From a virus: a DNA stretch of 31,514 bases. Positions 1 to 9,354 of the stretch are shown here, one piece after another. The notes beneath the pieces were generated by a model that had not been told where the DNA came from, searched no databases, and worked only from the letters and a program-made list of their open reading frames with translations. Position numbers and translations under genes: made by a program. Every line of letters begins with the position of its first letter. Positions within the stretch are counted from its first letter, which is position 1. The stretch lies in UHGV virus genome UHGV-0069511; one strand, written 5' to 3'.

Positions 1-49
1 TCAAAAAAAAATAACGCCCTGCCATTTCAAGTAAAAATTACTAATATTT

Positions 50-1138
50 TCAGATAGTAGTGGCGTTAATTTTCTTCAGTTTTTTTTTATTTTTTCTTGC
101 AGGAAGTTTAGGCTTATATGCATTAACAAAAAGTTGATATGAATCCTGTAATGATAATCCGGGAAGGGTATCGTTTTTGGCACTAAATATTGAATAATAC
201 TTTTCGTATCGACTTATATCTTTTTCAAACACCCATGTCCATTCAGAATCATATAGTCTTTCCCCTCCTTTTTCCTTATTTTTGTTCTCAACTGTACGAT
301 TAATTATAAATTTGAAAACGGTATTATTCAAAGTTCTAATAAAATTCTCAACAATAAATGCGATTTGCTCGAGATCATCATTATTGAGTATTATCGGTTT
401 TTCTAAGTGCTTCATATGTTCAGCCAATCCTAGTCGGATTGCATTTTTCGAACCCAACTTACCAAATCGATGAACACAACAATGCCTTAACTCGCAAACT
501 TTCATGAATTCGCTTGAGCATTTCATCATTTCGATTGGTCGTTGTCCTTTCATTCCAATAATGTCCTTTAATGTTTCAAAAACATTATAAGGGCTTGCCA
601 ATGAAAAGTCCTCAAGTAAAGCTTCTGGTAATAACTCCTTTTTATGGTGTTGTGCCGCTGCATAACTAACGGCCTTATCAGAAACTATAGACTGTATATA
701 TTCATCATGATTAATTAGATTTCTGATAAGAGCTCGCAAATAACTTTCGGCTGCAGACACATAACCTAATAACAACAGATGGCTTAATGTGTTTGAAATA
801 TCACCAGATCTTAACAAGTGAAGTTGCTTTGTATTAGCTATAAAAAGATCTAACGGGGATTCCTTGCTATCAACAGGTAACTCATTAAATTTTTTGTGTG
901 TCTCAAACGAAAAAACTAGAGCTGGATTACTACATAGTTCAAAAAACTCTCTTCCATCTAAGTTATCATGGGTTGCAGTGACAACTGAGGACGCCACATT
1001 ATGATGAGTGGTCTCTTCATAATCCTCTTTTGATTCTAGTTCCATTTTCCCGACTCTTTTTAAATTAAACTTTTCAGATAAGAAAGACACGATTGACAAG
1101 TACATGCCATCAAAATTAAGACAAAAACTCTTCAACAT
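50..1138 (-). CDS. Hypothetical protein with HEPN-like R-x4-H motif (Abi-like); third gene of the cassette
   Basis: ORF-track frame 50..1171 begins with TTG; first in-frame ATG is at 1138 (overlaps the upstream gene stop by 23 nt), alternatives at 1105 and 1045. Motif 'ELRHCCVHRFG' fits the HEPN R-x4-H signature. No other catalytic motif recognised. Lys-rich C-terminus. Confidence 0.5.
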   Translation of the reverse strand: MLKSFCLNFDGMYLSIVSFLSEKFNLKRVGKMELESKEDYEETTHHNVASSVVTATHDNLDGREFFELCSNPALVFSFETHKKFNELPVDSKESPLDLFIANTKQLHLLRSGDISNTLSHLLLLGYVSAAESYLRALIRNLINHDEYIQSIVSDKAVSYAAAQHHKKELLPEALLEDFSLASPYNVFETLKDIIGMKGQRPIEMMKCSSEFMKVCELRHCCVHRFGKLGSKNAIRLGLAEHMKHLEKPIILNNDDLEQIAFIVENFIRTLNNTVFKFIINRTVENKNKEKGGERLYDSEWTWVFEKDISRYEKYYSIFSAKNDTLPGLSLQDSYQLFVNAYKPKLPARKNKKKLKKINATTI

Positions 1139-2822
1139 GTAATAACACTTTGTCCATAATTTTATTGGCAATTTTGGGTCCTATTCTGTGAATTTTTCTT
1201 AACTCACTCCCAGGGTCTTGTAAAGACAATACATCTCCTATAGTTTTTACTTTTTCCAGCCCAGATAGTTTTTGCATTTGCCAAGATGTTAGATGTGGTA
1301 CTTTTGACAGTGGAATAGACATGCACTGATTATAGGCCGACTCATCAATCAATTGATTCCCACAATGATGGCAAAATTTTTGATTGTCAGTCAATCGCGG
1401 AGTCTTGCAGTTATTGCATGGAGGTAAAGTTAGTTTAAGTCTCGCAAGTTGCTCAGCATTGAATAATGATGAAATGTTTCTTCTGACAGGATGCTTAGCA
1501 TTCTTTCTTAGTATTTTTTGAATAATCTGAGAAGGAGAAAAACCTCTACTTCCTTCGTTAAACACTCTTTCCTTTATTAATAAAGCATAATGAGGTATAT
1601 ATCTTTCATAAGTACGCCCATCACCATGAGAAATATCAGGAAGATTATAAAAAAGCCCTGTTTCAATTAATAGCTTAGTGAGTCGAGAAAAATAAACATT
1701 ATCATTTTTCTCTATACCGATTATGACTTGTTTCTCTTCTTTATATTGGGAGTTACTTTCCTTGAGTAATTCGACTACTTTTAATAAAAGTGATTCACCT
1801 AATGAAACAATGTCAAACAATCGAGGTAGCTTATCTTTTAGTGAACTGTATTCGCTGAGTCTAAGCTCAACATACCTTTCAATTATTTTATTAAATTTTT
1901 GCTGAGTTGTCTGACTTAAAGTTGTTTGATAATCTCTTAACATCATCAAAAAAGAACGTGGAATACCAAATGCTGAGAATTTAAATAACTCTTTCAAGTC
2001 ATCCGGAATGCCATCATACCCAGGAAACCTTGCCTGCGCTATAGCATCCATCACTGAGGAATAATTAGGGTGCTGTACCGAAATCCAAGCATCAATTGTT
2101 TCAGCATCATGAGCAACATGAAACCTTGGGCCATATTCGGTTGTTCCAGGATAAACCGATGCCTTTAAAGCTATTTTTGAGGTTTTTAGACTACGTACAA
2201 TATCAAAAAACTCGTAAAGATATTCAGGAGTTAAGCTTATTGCTGCATCGTCTAATAAAATAATGACTCTTTTACGTTCAAGCCAATCACATAGTGAACT
2301 CAACGAGGATATGACAGAAGAAACACTGATCAATTGAACAATGTTTTCTTGTTCTAATGATGGCGAAAGACCCTGCTCAAGCCTTACGATTAAATTAATT
2401 AGGAACTCTTTATCCGCTATGAGTATCGTTGACAAATCAAGATATTCAGAATCTTCAATATCGCAAGCAATTTCATAAGCAGAGAGTAGTATCTTTGCTA
2501 ATACCCATTTATGAAAGAGATCAATTGCATTTGGTTTATTTTTTAAAAGCGGCTCTAACTTAAAATATTTATTAAAAGAAACATAGAGTGGTAATGGTGC
2601 GTTATCATCGTTTTTACATTCAACCCAAGCATAACGCATCAAATGTGTTTTACCACATCCCCTAGGACCAACTATAAGTTTGATGCCTGGGGATATAAGA
2701 GCATTATGTATAATATCGAAAAACTCTCCAGATCTGATAGTATTATTTTTTATCGTATCCTCATCAATATAATCAGCTCGTTCCTCGATAAGAAAATTAC
2801 TATCTAATTCCACATCAGTCAT
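1116..2822 (-). CDS. P-loop NTPase with C-terminal zinc ribbon and helix-hairpin-helix
   Basis: ATG start at 2822 overlaps the methyltransferase stop by 8 nt. Walker A 'GPRGCGKT'; Walker B-like 'VIILLDDA'; C-terminal 'CNNCK...CHHCG' zinc ribbon followed by HhH-like 'IHRIGPKIANKI'. Confidence 0.7.
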   Translation of the reverse strand: MTDVELDSNFLIEERADYIDEDTIKNNTIRSGEFFDIIHNALISPGIKLIVGPRGCGKTHLMRYAWVECKNDDNAPLPLYVSFNKYFKLEPLLKNKPNAIDLFHKWVLAKILLSAYEIACDIEDSEYLDLSTILIADKEFLINLIVRLEQGLSPSLEQENIVQLISVSSVISSLSSLCDWLERKRVIILLDDAAISLTPEYLYEFFDIVRSLKTSKIALKASVYPGTTEYGPRFHVAHDAETIDAWISVQHPNYSSVMDAIAQARFPGYDGIPDDLKELFKFSAFGIPRSFLMMLRDYQTTLSQTTQQKFNKIIERYVELRLSEYSSLKDKLPRLFDIVSLGESLLLKVVELLKESNSQYKEEKQVIIGIEKNDNVYFSRLTKLLIETGLFYNLPDISHGDGRTYERYIPHYALLIKERVFNEGSRGFSPSQIIQKILRKNAKHPVRRNISSLFNAEQLARLKLTLPPCNNCKTPRLTDNQKFCHHCGNQLIDESAYNQCMSIPLSKVPHLTSWQMQKLSGLEKVKTIGDVLSLQDPGSELRKIHRIGPKIANKIMDKVLLHVEEFLS

Positions 2823-4023
2823 GTTTAATCCTTACAAGATGTATTTTTTTTAATGCATCCATTGTAATATGTTGTGCGGCTACACCACTACTCGCTCGAG
2901 ATAATTCCTCTTGCCCATCTTGAGAACAAAGAAAATCAAATAGTTTTTTCTTATCTCCACCAGAGGCTCGTATCAGAAAAATACAGTCACTGATATAAGA
3001 ATAGCCGCTCTCAACAAACAATATTTTTTTATGAAAATTTCGCCCAACTCTTGCTATTAATATATCACCAGGCTTAGCAATGACATCTAATTTTGATGGC
3101 TTCAATTCTTCTACAGAGTTGCAGTGGAATTTAATGTACTTTTCATCACCACTAAATTTTGTCGTATGAAAAACATGTTCCGTAATTTCCTTTGAATTAA
3201 ACCTACCTCTAAAAATTGAAATGTTTTTAAGCATCCCTATTGTGCTAAACCCTTTACCTTCATTTTTATTATAATGATAAGAGTAGTCCATTCTCTCAAC
3301 CGCATCTTCTTTTCTAATTAAAACAGGAGGCGACAATTCCCCATCTTTAGTTATACAATGTAATTGTATTTTATGATGAGGCATAATTTTTTTATTAAAA
3401 ATTAAAATATGTGTTTTAGCCTCTGTCCTTTTGAAGATATTCCTAGGCAATTCAATGACTTTTGTAATTGAATGTTCATTCAATAAATATCGTCTTAAAC
3501 CTATAAACTTTCTTGCTGTAAATATACCATCAGGTAAAATTATTCCAGCCTCACCGCCCTTTTTAAGAAACCTGATGACTTGAGATATAAATATTATCTC
3601 TGCTGGGACATATTTTGAGACAGATATATATTTATCTGCGCCAATCTCACTAATGATTTTAAAATAATCATCCCTCCATTCAGGGAGAGTGAATGGAGGA
3701 TTACATACTGCAACATCAAAATTTCCTTGATGTCGGGCAAGCATTTCAGGAAATGAATGAACAAGGGCATCTGTTACAATATGAGTAAGATTATCACATA
3801 CTTTTTTTGACATCCGAGATTCTATATCCAAAGAATATGCTTCTGCATTCTTCCATCGGTCTAAAGCAGCATAGGTTAAGCTCCCCTCACCAGAAGCTAA
3901 ATCAATAATATTATTGACTTTTTCAGCTTTCATCTGAGAAACCAATAATGCACTTATGGATTCTTTTGTATAGTATCTTCCGAGACTATCTCGTTGTGTG
4001 AATGGCATATAGTTACTGTTCAT
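2815..4023 (-). CDS. N6-adenine DNA methyltransferase (gamma-class) with HsdS-like target-recognition region
   Basis: ATG start at 4023. Motif X 'GRYYT', motif I 'IIDLASGEGSL', motif IV 'NPPF'; C-terminal 'GDILIARVG' resembles the conserved motif of type I specificity-subunit recognition domains. Confidence 0.8.
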   Translation of the reverse strand: MNSNYMPFTQRDSLGRYYTKESISALLVSQMKAEKVNNIIDLASGEGSLTYAALDRWKNAEAYSLDIESRMSKKVCDNLTHIVTDALVHSFPEMLARHQGNFDVAVCNPPFTLPEWRDDYFKIISEIGADKYISVSKYVPAEIIFISQVIRFLKKGGEAGIILPDGIFTARKFIGLRRYLLNEHSITKVIELPRNIFKRTEAKTHILIFNKKIMPHHKIQLHCITKDGELSPPVLIRKEDAVERMDYSYHYNKNEGKGFSTIGMLKNISIFRGRFNSKEITEHVFHTTKFSGDEKYIKFHCNSVEELKPSKLDVIAKPGDILIARVGRNFHKKILFVESGYSYISDCIFLIRASGGDKKKLFDFLCSQDGQEELSRASSGVAAQHITMDALKKIHLVRIKHD

Positions 4024-4264
4024 TTTTTATACTCATCTTAAGTACGCTACCGCCCTAGGCGTTACGGCTACCCAAGAACCAACACAATCATGTAATCTAT
4101 TGATATTTATAAACTTATCTTCAAATCTTTCAGCCCTAGAACCTAAAAAAGATAGAAGTGTAGGTAACAAAGGGCGATCGGATATAGGGCTAATGTTTAA
4201 ACTTAAGTATCAAAATATACGGTTTTAGGTCATTTTCCTAATCAATCCTATCATCACGTCAAAT

Positions 4265-5473
4265 CTACTTTGTAGCGTTCACCAGCAAAGAAATACATGA
4301 ATTATGATTAGCGTTTATATAGTCCGCATACCACTGCATCATCTCCCTACGTCCTTCCAAATACAACGCATGGTTATACGTCCCACGAATCGCATTTTTA
4401 TCAACGTGAGCCAGCTGGGTTTCAATCCACGCTGTATTGAAACCTTCCTCATGCAAAATCGTACTCATCGTGTGACGGAAACCATGCCCCGTTACCCTCC
4501 CCGTATATCCAATCCGCTTAAAAACCTGATTAATACTCGCTTCACTCATCGTCTTGCGGGGATCATTACGTCCCGGGAACACCAGTGGATATTGCCCTGA
4601 CATCACTTTGAGTTGCTGTACGATTTCCAGCGCTTGGGTAGAGAGGGGGACAAGGTGAGGCCGTTTCATCTTCATACGCTCGGCAGGTATCTCCCACACC
4701 GCTTTTTCAAGATCAAACTCACTCCAGAAAGCACCTCGGAGTTCGCCAGTGCGAACTCCCGTGAGGATCAGCAGACGTGCCGCAAGAACAACTAACGGGC
4801 TTCCTGTGTAGCCTGCGAGAGCTTTAAAAAAGTCTGGTAACTCCTCAACAGTAAGGAAGGGATAATGCTTCGATTCATGCCCTGACATCGCGCTGGTAAG
4901 ATCCGCTGCAGGATTGTATTCCGCACGACCGGTTACGATGGCGTAACGAAAGACTTCGCTGCAACGCTGGCGAACCTTCTTGGCCTTCTCTGTCGCGCCA
5001 CGGCTTTCAATTCGACGCAGCACATTAAGCAGAACCAGCGGTTTGATTTCATTCACCGGTTGTTGGCCAATATAGGGAAAAATATCTTTATTAAAGGCTT
5101 CGATAATGTCCGAGGCATAACCTTCTGACCATCGGCTCACCTTCGTTCCATGCCATTCAAGTGCCACAGCCTGAAACGTATTATTTAGCTGCACATCTCG
5201 AACCAGCTTTTCTTCTTTCTTGGCAAGCGATGGATCGATACCTTCGGCAAGCTTTTTCTTGGCGTCGTCACGCAGTGCCCTCGCTTGTGCAAGGGACACT
5301 GCCGGATAGACACCAAAGGCCATACGCTTCTCTTTTCCATTGAAGCGATATTTCATCCGCCAGTATCTGGAACCAGAGGGAACAACCTCAAGATACAAAC
5401 CAGCACCATCTGCCAGCTTATAGGCTTTCTCTCTGGGTTTAGCTGCGTCTACCTGTCGCGCATTAAGTTTCAT
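4265..5473 (-). CDS. int: Tyrosine recombinase/integrase, P4 (IntS/IntA) family
   Basis: ORF-track start at 5512 is GTG; ATG at 5473 gives N-terminus 'MKLNARQVDAAKP...YKLADGAGLYLEV' typical of P4-family integrases, with SD-like GGGAGA upstream. C-terminal catalytic region contains 'HGFRHT' and 'LAH...Y'. Confidence 0.9.
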   Translation of the reverse strand: MKLNARQVDAAKPREKAYKLADGAGLYLEVVPSGSRYWRMKYRFNGKEKRMAFGVYPAVSLAQARALRDDAKKKLAEGIDPSLAKKEEKLVRDVQLNNTFQAVALEWHGTKVSRWSEGYASDIIEAFNKDIFPYIGQQPVNEIKPLVLLNVLRRIESRGATEKAKKVRQRCSEVFRYAIVTGRAEYNPAADLTSAMSGHESKHYPFLTVEELPDFFKALAGYTGSPLVVLAARLLILTGVRTGELRGAFWSEFDLEKAVWEIPAERMKMKRPHLVPLSTQALEIVQQLKVMSGQYPLVFPGRNDPRKTMSEASINQVFKRIGYTGRVTGHGFRHTMSTILHEEGFNTAWIETQLAHVDKNAIRGTYNHALYLEGRREMMQWYADYINANHNSCISLLVNATK

Positions 5474-5636
5474 TGGGGGCATCTCCCTAGACCGAACACA
5501 AAATGCCCCCACTTATGCCCCCAACTGCGACTTGATTTCGGTTGAGTCTAGTTGATAACAGGAGATAAGATACGGGCCAGAAACCGCAGTATACGAGCTT
5601 TTAGTTGATTTCGGTAGACTTGGGAAGAGTTTGAAA

Positions 5637-5682
5637 TGGTGCCGATAATAGGAGTCGAACCTACGACCTTCGCATTACGAAT
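5637..5682 (-). other. att core: 3' fragment of tRNA-Thr(CGU) (anticodon loop to CCA end); not a complete tRNA
   Basis: Reverse complement reads 'ATTCGTAATGCGAAGGTCGTAGGTTCGACTCCTATTATCGGCACCA', matching the 3' part of E. coli thrW as I recall it. Sequence further 5' lacks the complementary acceptor strand (GCCGATA) and D-arm, so the tRNA is truncated. Confidence 0.7.
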
Positions 5683-5843
5683 CTGTAGCACCAATCATAA
5701 CTATCTGTTTTAGCAAGCATTAACCGCATTCACTAAGCTATAGTTGATGGCACAAACAGAAAGCTGATGCATGATGTTGTCATGTGTATGTCACAAATAC
5801 GGCACAACGATCTTCAAACATGTAGCCACTCAGCATAGAAGAG

Positions 5844-5877
5844 CACAAAGCCTTGCAATCCAGTGCAAAGCTTTGTG
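5844..5877. repeat. Imperfect hairpin downstream of tailspike gene (possible end-of-late-operon terminator)
   Basis: 'CACAAAGC' (5844-5851) pairs with 'GCTTTGTG' (5870-5877), with an inner TTGCA/TGCAA pair; U-rich stretch follows on plus strand only after about 9 nt. Strand and function are uncertain. Confidence 0.3.
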
Positions 5878-5966
5878 TGTCTCAGTTTTTATAAATTCTT
5901 AAGCAAGAATTATAGTTATAACTATTATGTAAGTTTTATGATATATATTGTATTTAAATGCTGGTT

Positions 5967-8045
5967 TTACTTATTAACCCAACCTGTAGCATTTGTGTTG
6001 CTTTCCTTTATATAAAGTACTGTATTTCCACCTCCATCAGAACGAGTGTAAATAGAACCAACTGGTGCTCCAACTCCGCTAGATGTTGGGTTGCCTTCTT
6101 GCCCAAATATCACAAGTGAGCTTTTATCTGTAGCTTGATTATTCTGTGTGGCTGATGTTCCAAATGAAACATTCCCTATAAATGACACGCTCTTACAGCT
6201 TGATGTAGCAAATATACCAACTGATGGTTTATTATTTGCAACGCCATCACGAATTTGATTTGAACTAACAATTACATTTTCTGCACCAGAGTCAATTCGT
6301 ATGCCATTATGGTTATTATCTGCGGTAGAAACCCCAACTATAATGTTTGATTGAATAGTAACATTTGAATATTTACCATTAATATGAATCCCATGCAGGG
6401 AAATATTTCTAAAGATGTTGCTAGAAATTACAACATCATGCGAAAAACCAGACCCTATAAATTCTTCTGCATTAGTTTCAGAAATCCATAAAGAACTTGA
6501 TGTTCCTGAATCGTATTCATTATTAGAGATGATTGATTTGTTAATAAAATCACCTTTGAAAAAACCGATTCCGCCTCTTGCTGTGTTTCCAGTGACAGTT
6601 AGTCCTGAAACCCATCTTGCGTCTACTGCATATGATTGAGACTCTGTAATAAAAATGGAATTGTTGGATATTACGATATCTTCATGAAATGCATCTGATG
6701 TATCTGTATATGGATATGTAGGTGCAGCCAGAAGAATCGGGGATCTAACGCCTTCAAAATAATTGCCAACAATGCGCCCCCTCCTTGCCCCCTGTGGTTT
6801 TGATGATGATGGGAATGGGGTTACATGAACTCCTCGCGCGGTACTGTTATAGAAAGAGCATCCGCTAACCACCCAATCATACCAGTTGAAAACCCTTACC
6901 CCGGCAAAGAGCATTCCATCGAACCTGCAGTTTATGACCCTTATATTTTTGTCCTGATTCCCATATGAATTAGCATGGTTCCCAACCCCCACCCCCCACG
7001 CCCCAAACCCAGTGGTGGTATTTTGTGGATTTGAACCAAAATAACAGTTATCAACAAGAACATTGATGTTTGGGTAATAATCGCCAAGAGATTCAATCCC
7101 CGGATCTAACTGGATCGCTTCTGAATAATTTCGGTTGGAAAGTGGTTTGAAGCCAAGAAACTTACAGTCTCTTATAATCACCCCTTGCCCGTCAGCAATA
7201 TCTACAGCATGAAAATCGACTACATCAAGAAATGTTACTCCAACAATAGAAAGATTTCTTGGTGAGGAGGCTGCAATGATGTCAAAAGGATCTGTAGGGT
7301 GGTCTTGTCCTCCTCCATCTAGTATTCCGCCTGTTATTTTAATGTTAGTGCCAGTATTAGGGCTTATTCTCAGCATGACGTCATTAGAAAAATTACGTTT
7401 AATGGTTACGCCATCAGTCATCTTTAGGTGAGTATTTGATTTTATTTGCAACTCAGAAAGCAAAGTATATATGCCTGGTAGTGAAAACTGTAGTGTACCT
7501 CCTCCAATGCTATATATTGCATCTAGCGCAAATTGCAGAGCTACTTTATTGTCAGCATTCGATGGATGAGCACCGAAGTCAAGAACATCAATGATTTGTT
7601 GGTTCTTTTGGTGTTGAGTTTGATTTGCTGCTCCGGGGAATGGTTGTTTCACCGACACTAATTCATCCCCATCACCATCATCAAAGGATGCCAACCTCTT
7701 CTGAAACTGATCAGGGTCATACTTCAGCACATTAGGAAAATAAAACTGCTGCGCACCATACGCATCATAAACCGCCATAGAATGGCCTTGCACAGTTACG
7801 AACTTGGCAATCTGTCCGTTATATACAGGGTAACCAGCAGCGTTAATGATGATTGGTTGAGAAACAGGAACGTGAGAACCATCTTCGTTCTCAACATAGA
7901 CCTGAATCTGGTTTTCAGGATTTACCGGGTCAGTGTCAATTTTACCGATATAAATTTTGCCATTGGCTACGGCTTTAAAAGAACGAGCCATAGTGAAGAG
8001 TTGCGAAGGCATACTCACTACAACATTGGCTGTAATGTCTGTCAT
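5967..8045 (-). CDS. Tailspike protein (P22 gp9-like N-terminal head-binding domain, divergent beta-helix receptor-binding domain)
   Basis: N-terminus '[43 protein letters not shown]...VLKYDPDQF' is the conserved P22/Sf6 tailspike head-binding domain; remainder is Gly/Asn/Ser-rich with beta-helix-like repeats. Confidence 0.9.
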   Translation of the reverse strand: MTDITANVVVSMPSQLFTMARSFKAVANGKIYIGKIDTDPVNPENQIQVYVENEDGSHVPVSQPIIINAAGYPVYNGQIAKFVTVQGHSMAVYDAYGAQQFYFPNVLKYDPDQFQKRLASFDDGDGDELVSVKQPFPGAANQTQHQKNQQIIDVLDFGAHPSNADNKVALQFALDAIYSIGGGTLQFSLPGIYTLLSELQIKSNTHLKMTDGVTIKRNFSNDVMLRISPNTGTNIKITGGILDGGGQDHPTDPFDIIAASSPRNLSIVGVTFLDVVDFHAVDIADGQGVIIRDCKFLGFKPLSNRNYSEAIQLDPGIESLGDYYPNINVLVDNCYFGSNPQNTTTGFGAWGVGVGNHANSYGNQDKNIRVINCRFDGMLFAGVRVFNWYDWVVSGCSFYNSTARGVHVTPFPSSSKPQGARRGRIVGNYFEGVRSPILLAAPTYPYTDTSDAFHEDIVISNNSIFITESQSYAVDARWVSGLTVTGNTARGGIGFFKGDFINKSIISNNEYDSGTSSSLWISETNAEEFIGSGFSHDVVISSNIFRNISLHGIHINGKYSNVTIQSNIIVGVSTADNNHNGIRIDSGAENVIVSSNQIRDGVANNKPSVGIFATSSCKSVSFIGNVSFGTSATQNNQATDKSSLVIFGQEGNPTSSGVGAPVGSIYTRSDGGGNTVLYIKESNTNATGWVNK

Positions 8046-8100
8046 TTAATTTGCTCCAGATACAATGAATCGCCGCAGCGTGGCCACGGTGAATTTTGGG

Positions 8101-8128
8101 CATAAAAAAACCCAGCCGAAGCTGGGTC
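8101..8128 (-). terminator. Rho-independent terminator between ant and tailspike
   Basis: Minus-strand transcript 'ACCCAGC-UUCG-GCUGGGU' followed by UUUUUUUAUG (plus-strand A-run 8104-8110, stem 8111-8126). Confidence 0.65.
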
Positions 8129-8145
8129 GTTGCGTTGGTTATCTG

Positions 8146-9069
8146 TCAGTAGTTATGTACTGAAGGAGGTAATTCTTTGTTCTTAAGTCTTATCCATGCT
8201 GAAAGGTTTGTTGGTCCGTCTGGCTCATTAATATCAACATCTCGTGTATGGTTGATTAAAACATCTCTCGCCATATCGATAATACGGGAGAACTCATAAC
8301 CGCAGTCATGACATCTGCCGGAATAGTTCGATTGAATTTGTTTTAGCGCCGGATACAATTCGCGGAATAATGCCTGTGAGCGGTTGGCATAATCCCATAG
8401 CCATACAAGGCTGTTTGCTTCTTTTGCAGAAAGCTCGTTGGTTTTCTTCTCTTGTTTGCCAATGAACTCACCTTCAAGCGGAACTCGAGCTGCAAGTGAC
8501 AGTGCTTCGGTAAACTGCTCCTCACTGATTTCTTTGTATGAACATCCAAAATGGGATTTCAGTGACGACCACATGGTGATCATCGCCTTAGCCTGTTTTT
8601 CCTTTGGCAGAGACTGACCGCGACTCATGACGAGTTGTTTAATGGCTTCCTGCTGTTCAGTGGTGATTTTACCCGGCAACGCCTTTTTAGCTTTGCGTGG
8701 GTTAACTACATGACCTTTAGTCCAGTACTCGTATAGCACATCGTCACACTCTTCCTGATACTGGATTACCTTGTCGCGGATTTCAGGACGGACTTTGTTT
8801 GGCTGAATGCTTGAAAGCCAAGCCGCAAACTTACGAAAGGCAAGGCATATCATTAACTGTTTACCGCCAGCAGAAGGTATTTCGATTTCCGAAATACCTT
8901 TGACAAATCTCTGTTTTAATTTAACAAATTGAGCAGCCCAAACCATACCCATGCCTTCTACAACGGGTTTCATAGGAACGTAAGGTTCATTGTTAATGCT
9001 GACCAAAAAGAGATTTGTTCCGTGGAATGGAACGTTGATTGTATGTTCTGCAATTGCTACACTCGTCAT
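8146..9069 (-). CDS. ant: Antirepressor Ant
   Basis: 307 aa, position downstream of arc in immI; N-terminus resembles phage antirepressor family proteins. Confidence 0.8.
   Translation of the reverse strand: MTSVAIAEHTINVPFHGTNLFLVSINNEPYVPMKPVVEGMGMVWAAQFVKLKQRFVKGISEIEIPSAGGKQLMICLAFRKFAAWLSSIQPNKVRPEIRDKVIQYQEECDDVLYEYWTKGHVVNPRKAKKALPGKITTEQQEAIKQLVMSRGQSLPKEKQAKAMITMWSSLKSHFGCSYKEISEEQFTEALSLAARVPLEGEFIGKQEKKTNELSAKEANSLVWLWDYANRSQALFRELYPALKQIQSNYSGRCHDCGYEFSRIIDMARDVLINHTRDVDINEPDGPTNLSAWIRLKNKELPPSVHNY
9035..9063 (+). promoter_or_regulatory. Candidate Psar promoter inside the 5' end of ant
   Basis: -35 'TTGATT' (9035-9040), 17-nt spacer, -10 'TACACT' (9058-9063) on the plus strand, antisense to ant. 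Confidence 0.4.
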
Positions 9070-9143
9070 GTCGTTAATTCCTATGCGTGGTTTTACGATA
9101 CCGAAGCCCTGACTGTTACCGCAGTTGGGGCTTCACTGTTTTT
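9068..9143 (+). ncRNA. sar: sar-like antisense RNA covering the ant translation start
   Basis: Predicted start just downstream of the -10 element; plus-strand hairpin GAAGCCC(9103-9109)/GGGCTTC(9128-9134) followed by 'CTGTTTTTG'. Length of about 75 nt is in line with the 68-69 nt P22 sar RNA. Ends are approximate. Confidence 0.4.
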
Positions 9144-9354
9144 GTAAGTCACTGTAGTTATAAAACCACTGACCACTCATTCTTGCTTTGATTGACTCTA
9201 CTGAATCACGGCAAGGAATGATTCCACCTGACATCATTCTGATCTCCGTAAATTCACCGCTCCTTACCGACTCAATGCCATTAACGTTAACTAAAGATTT
9301 ACCTCTACCAAGTGCATTCTCATAGCCAATCTCATCAACCTCAATAAACCTCAT
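9133..9354 (-). CDS. Hypothetical 73-aa protein inserted between arc and ant
   Basis: ATG at 9354 overlaps the arc stop as ATGA; SD-like GAGG upstream. No recognisable motif. P22 has no gene here as far as I recall. Confidence 0.4.
   Translation of the reverse strand: MRFIEVDEIGYENALGRGKSLVNVNGIESVRSGEFTEIRMMSGGIIPCRDSVESIKARMSGQWFYNYSDLQKQ

Larger units (their letters stand above)
1..5682 (-). mobile_element. Integrase-associated genomic island, partial (extends beyond window start), carrying a methyltransferase/ATPase/HEPN-like cassette
   Basis: P4-like integrase immediately downstream of a partial tRNA-Thr 3' end and transcribed away from it; cargo genes co-oriented and visibly more AT-rich than the integrase and the phage genes. 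Island boundary on the left is not in the window. Confidence 0.55.

Noticed and set aside
1-49. Terminator after the HEPN-like gene
   Set aside because: An A-run at the window edge (T-run on the minus strand) is present but no convincing preceding hairpin lies within the window.
282-473. 63-aa plus-strand ORF
   Set aside because: Lies entirely inside the minus-strand HEPN-like gene, with no independent signals; likely a frame artefact in AT-rich DNA.
4265-5512. Integrase start at the ORF-track position 5512
   Set aside because: That codon is GTG; the in-frame ATG at 5473 gives the N-terminus conserved in P4-family integrases and has an SD-like sequence upstream.
5637-5712. A complete tRNA-Thr gene at the att site
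   Set aside because: Only the 3' 46 nt match tRNA-Thr; the sequence 5' of the anticodon loop has no acceptor-stem complement (no GCCGATA) and no D-arm, so it is an att fragment.
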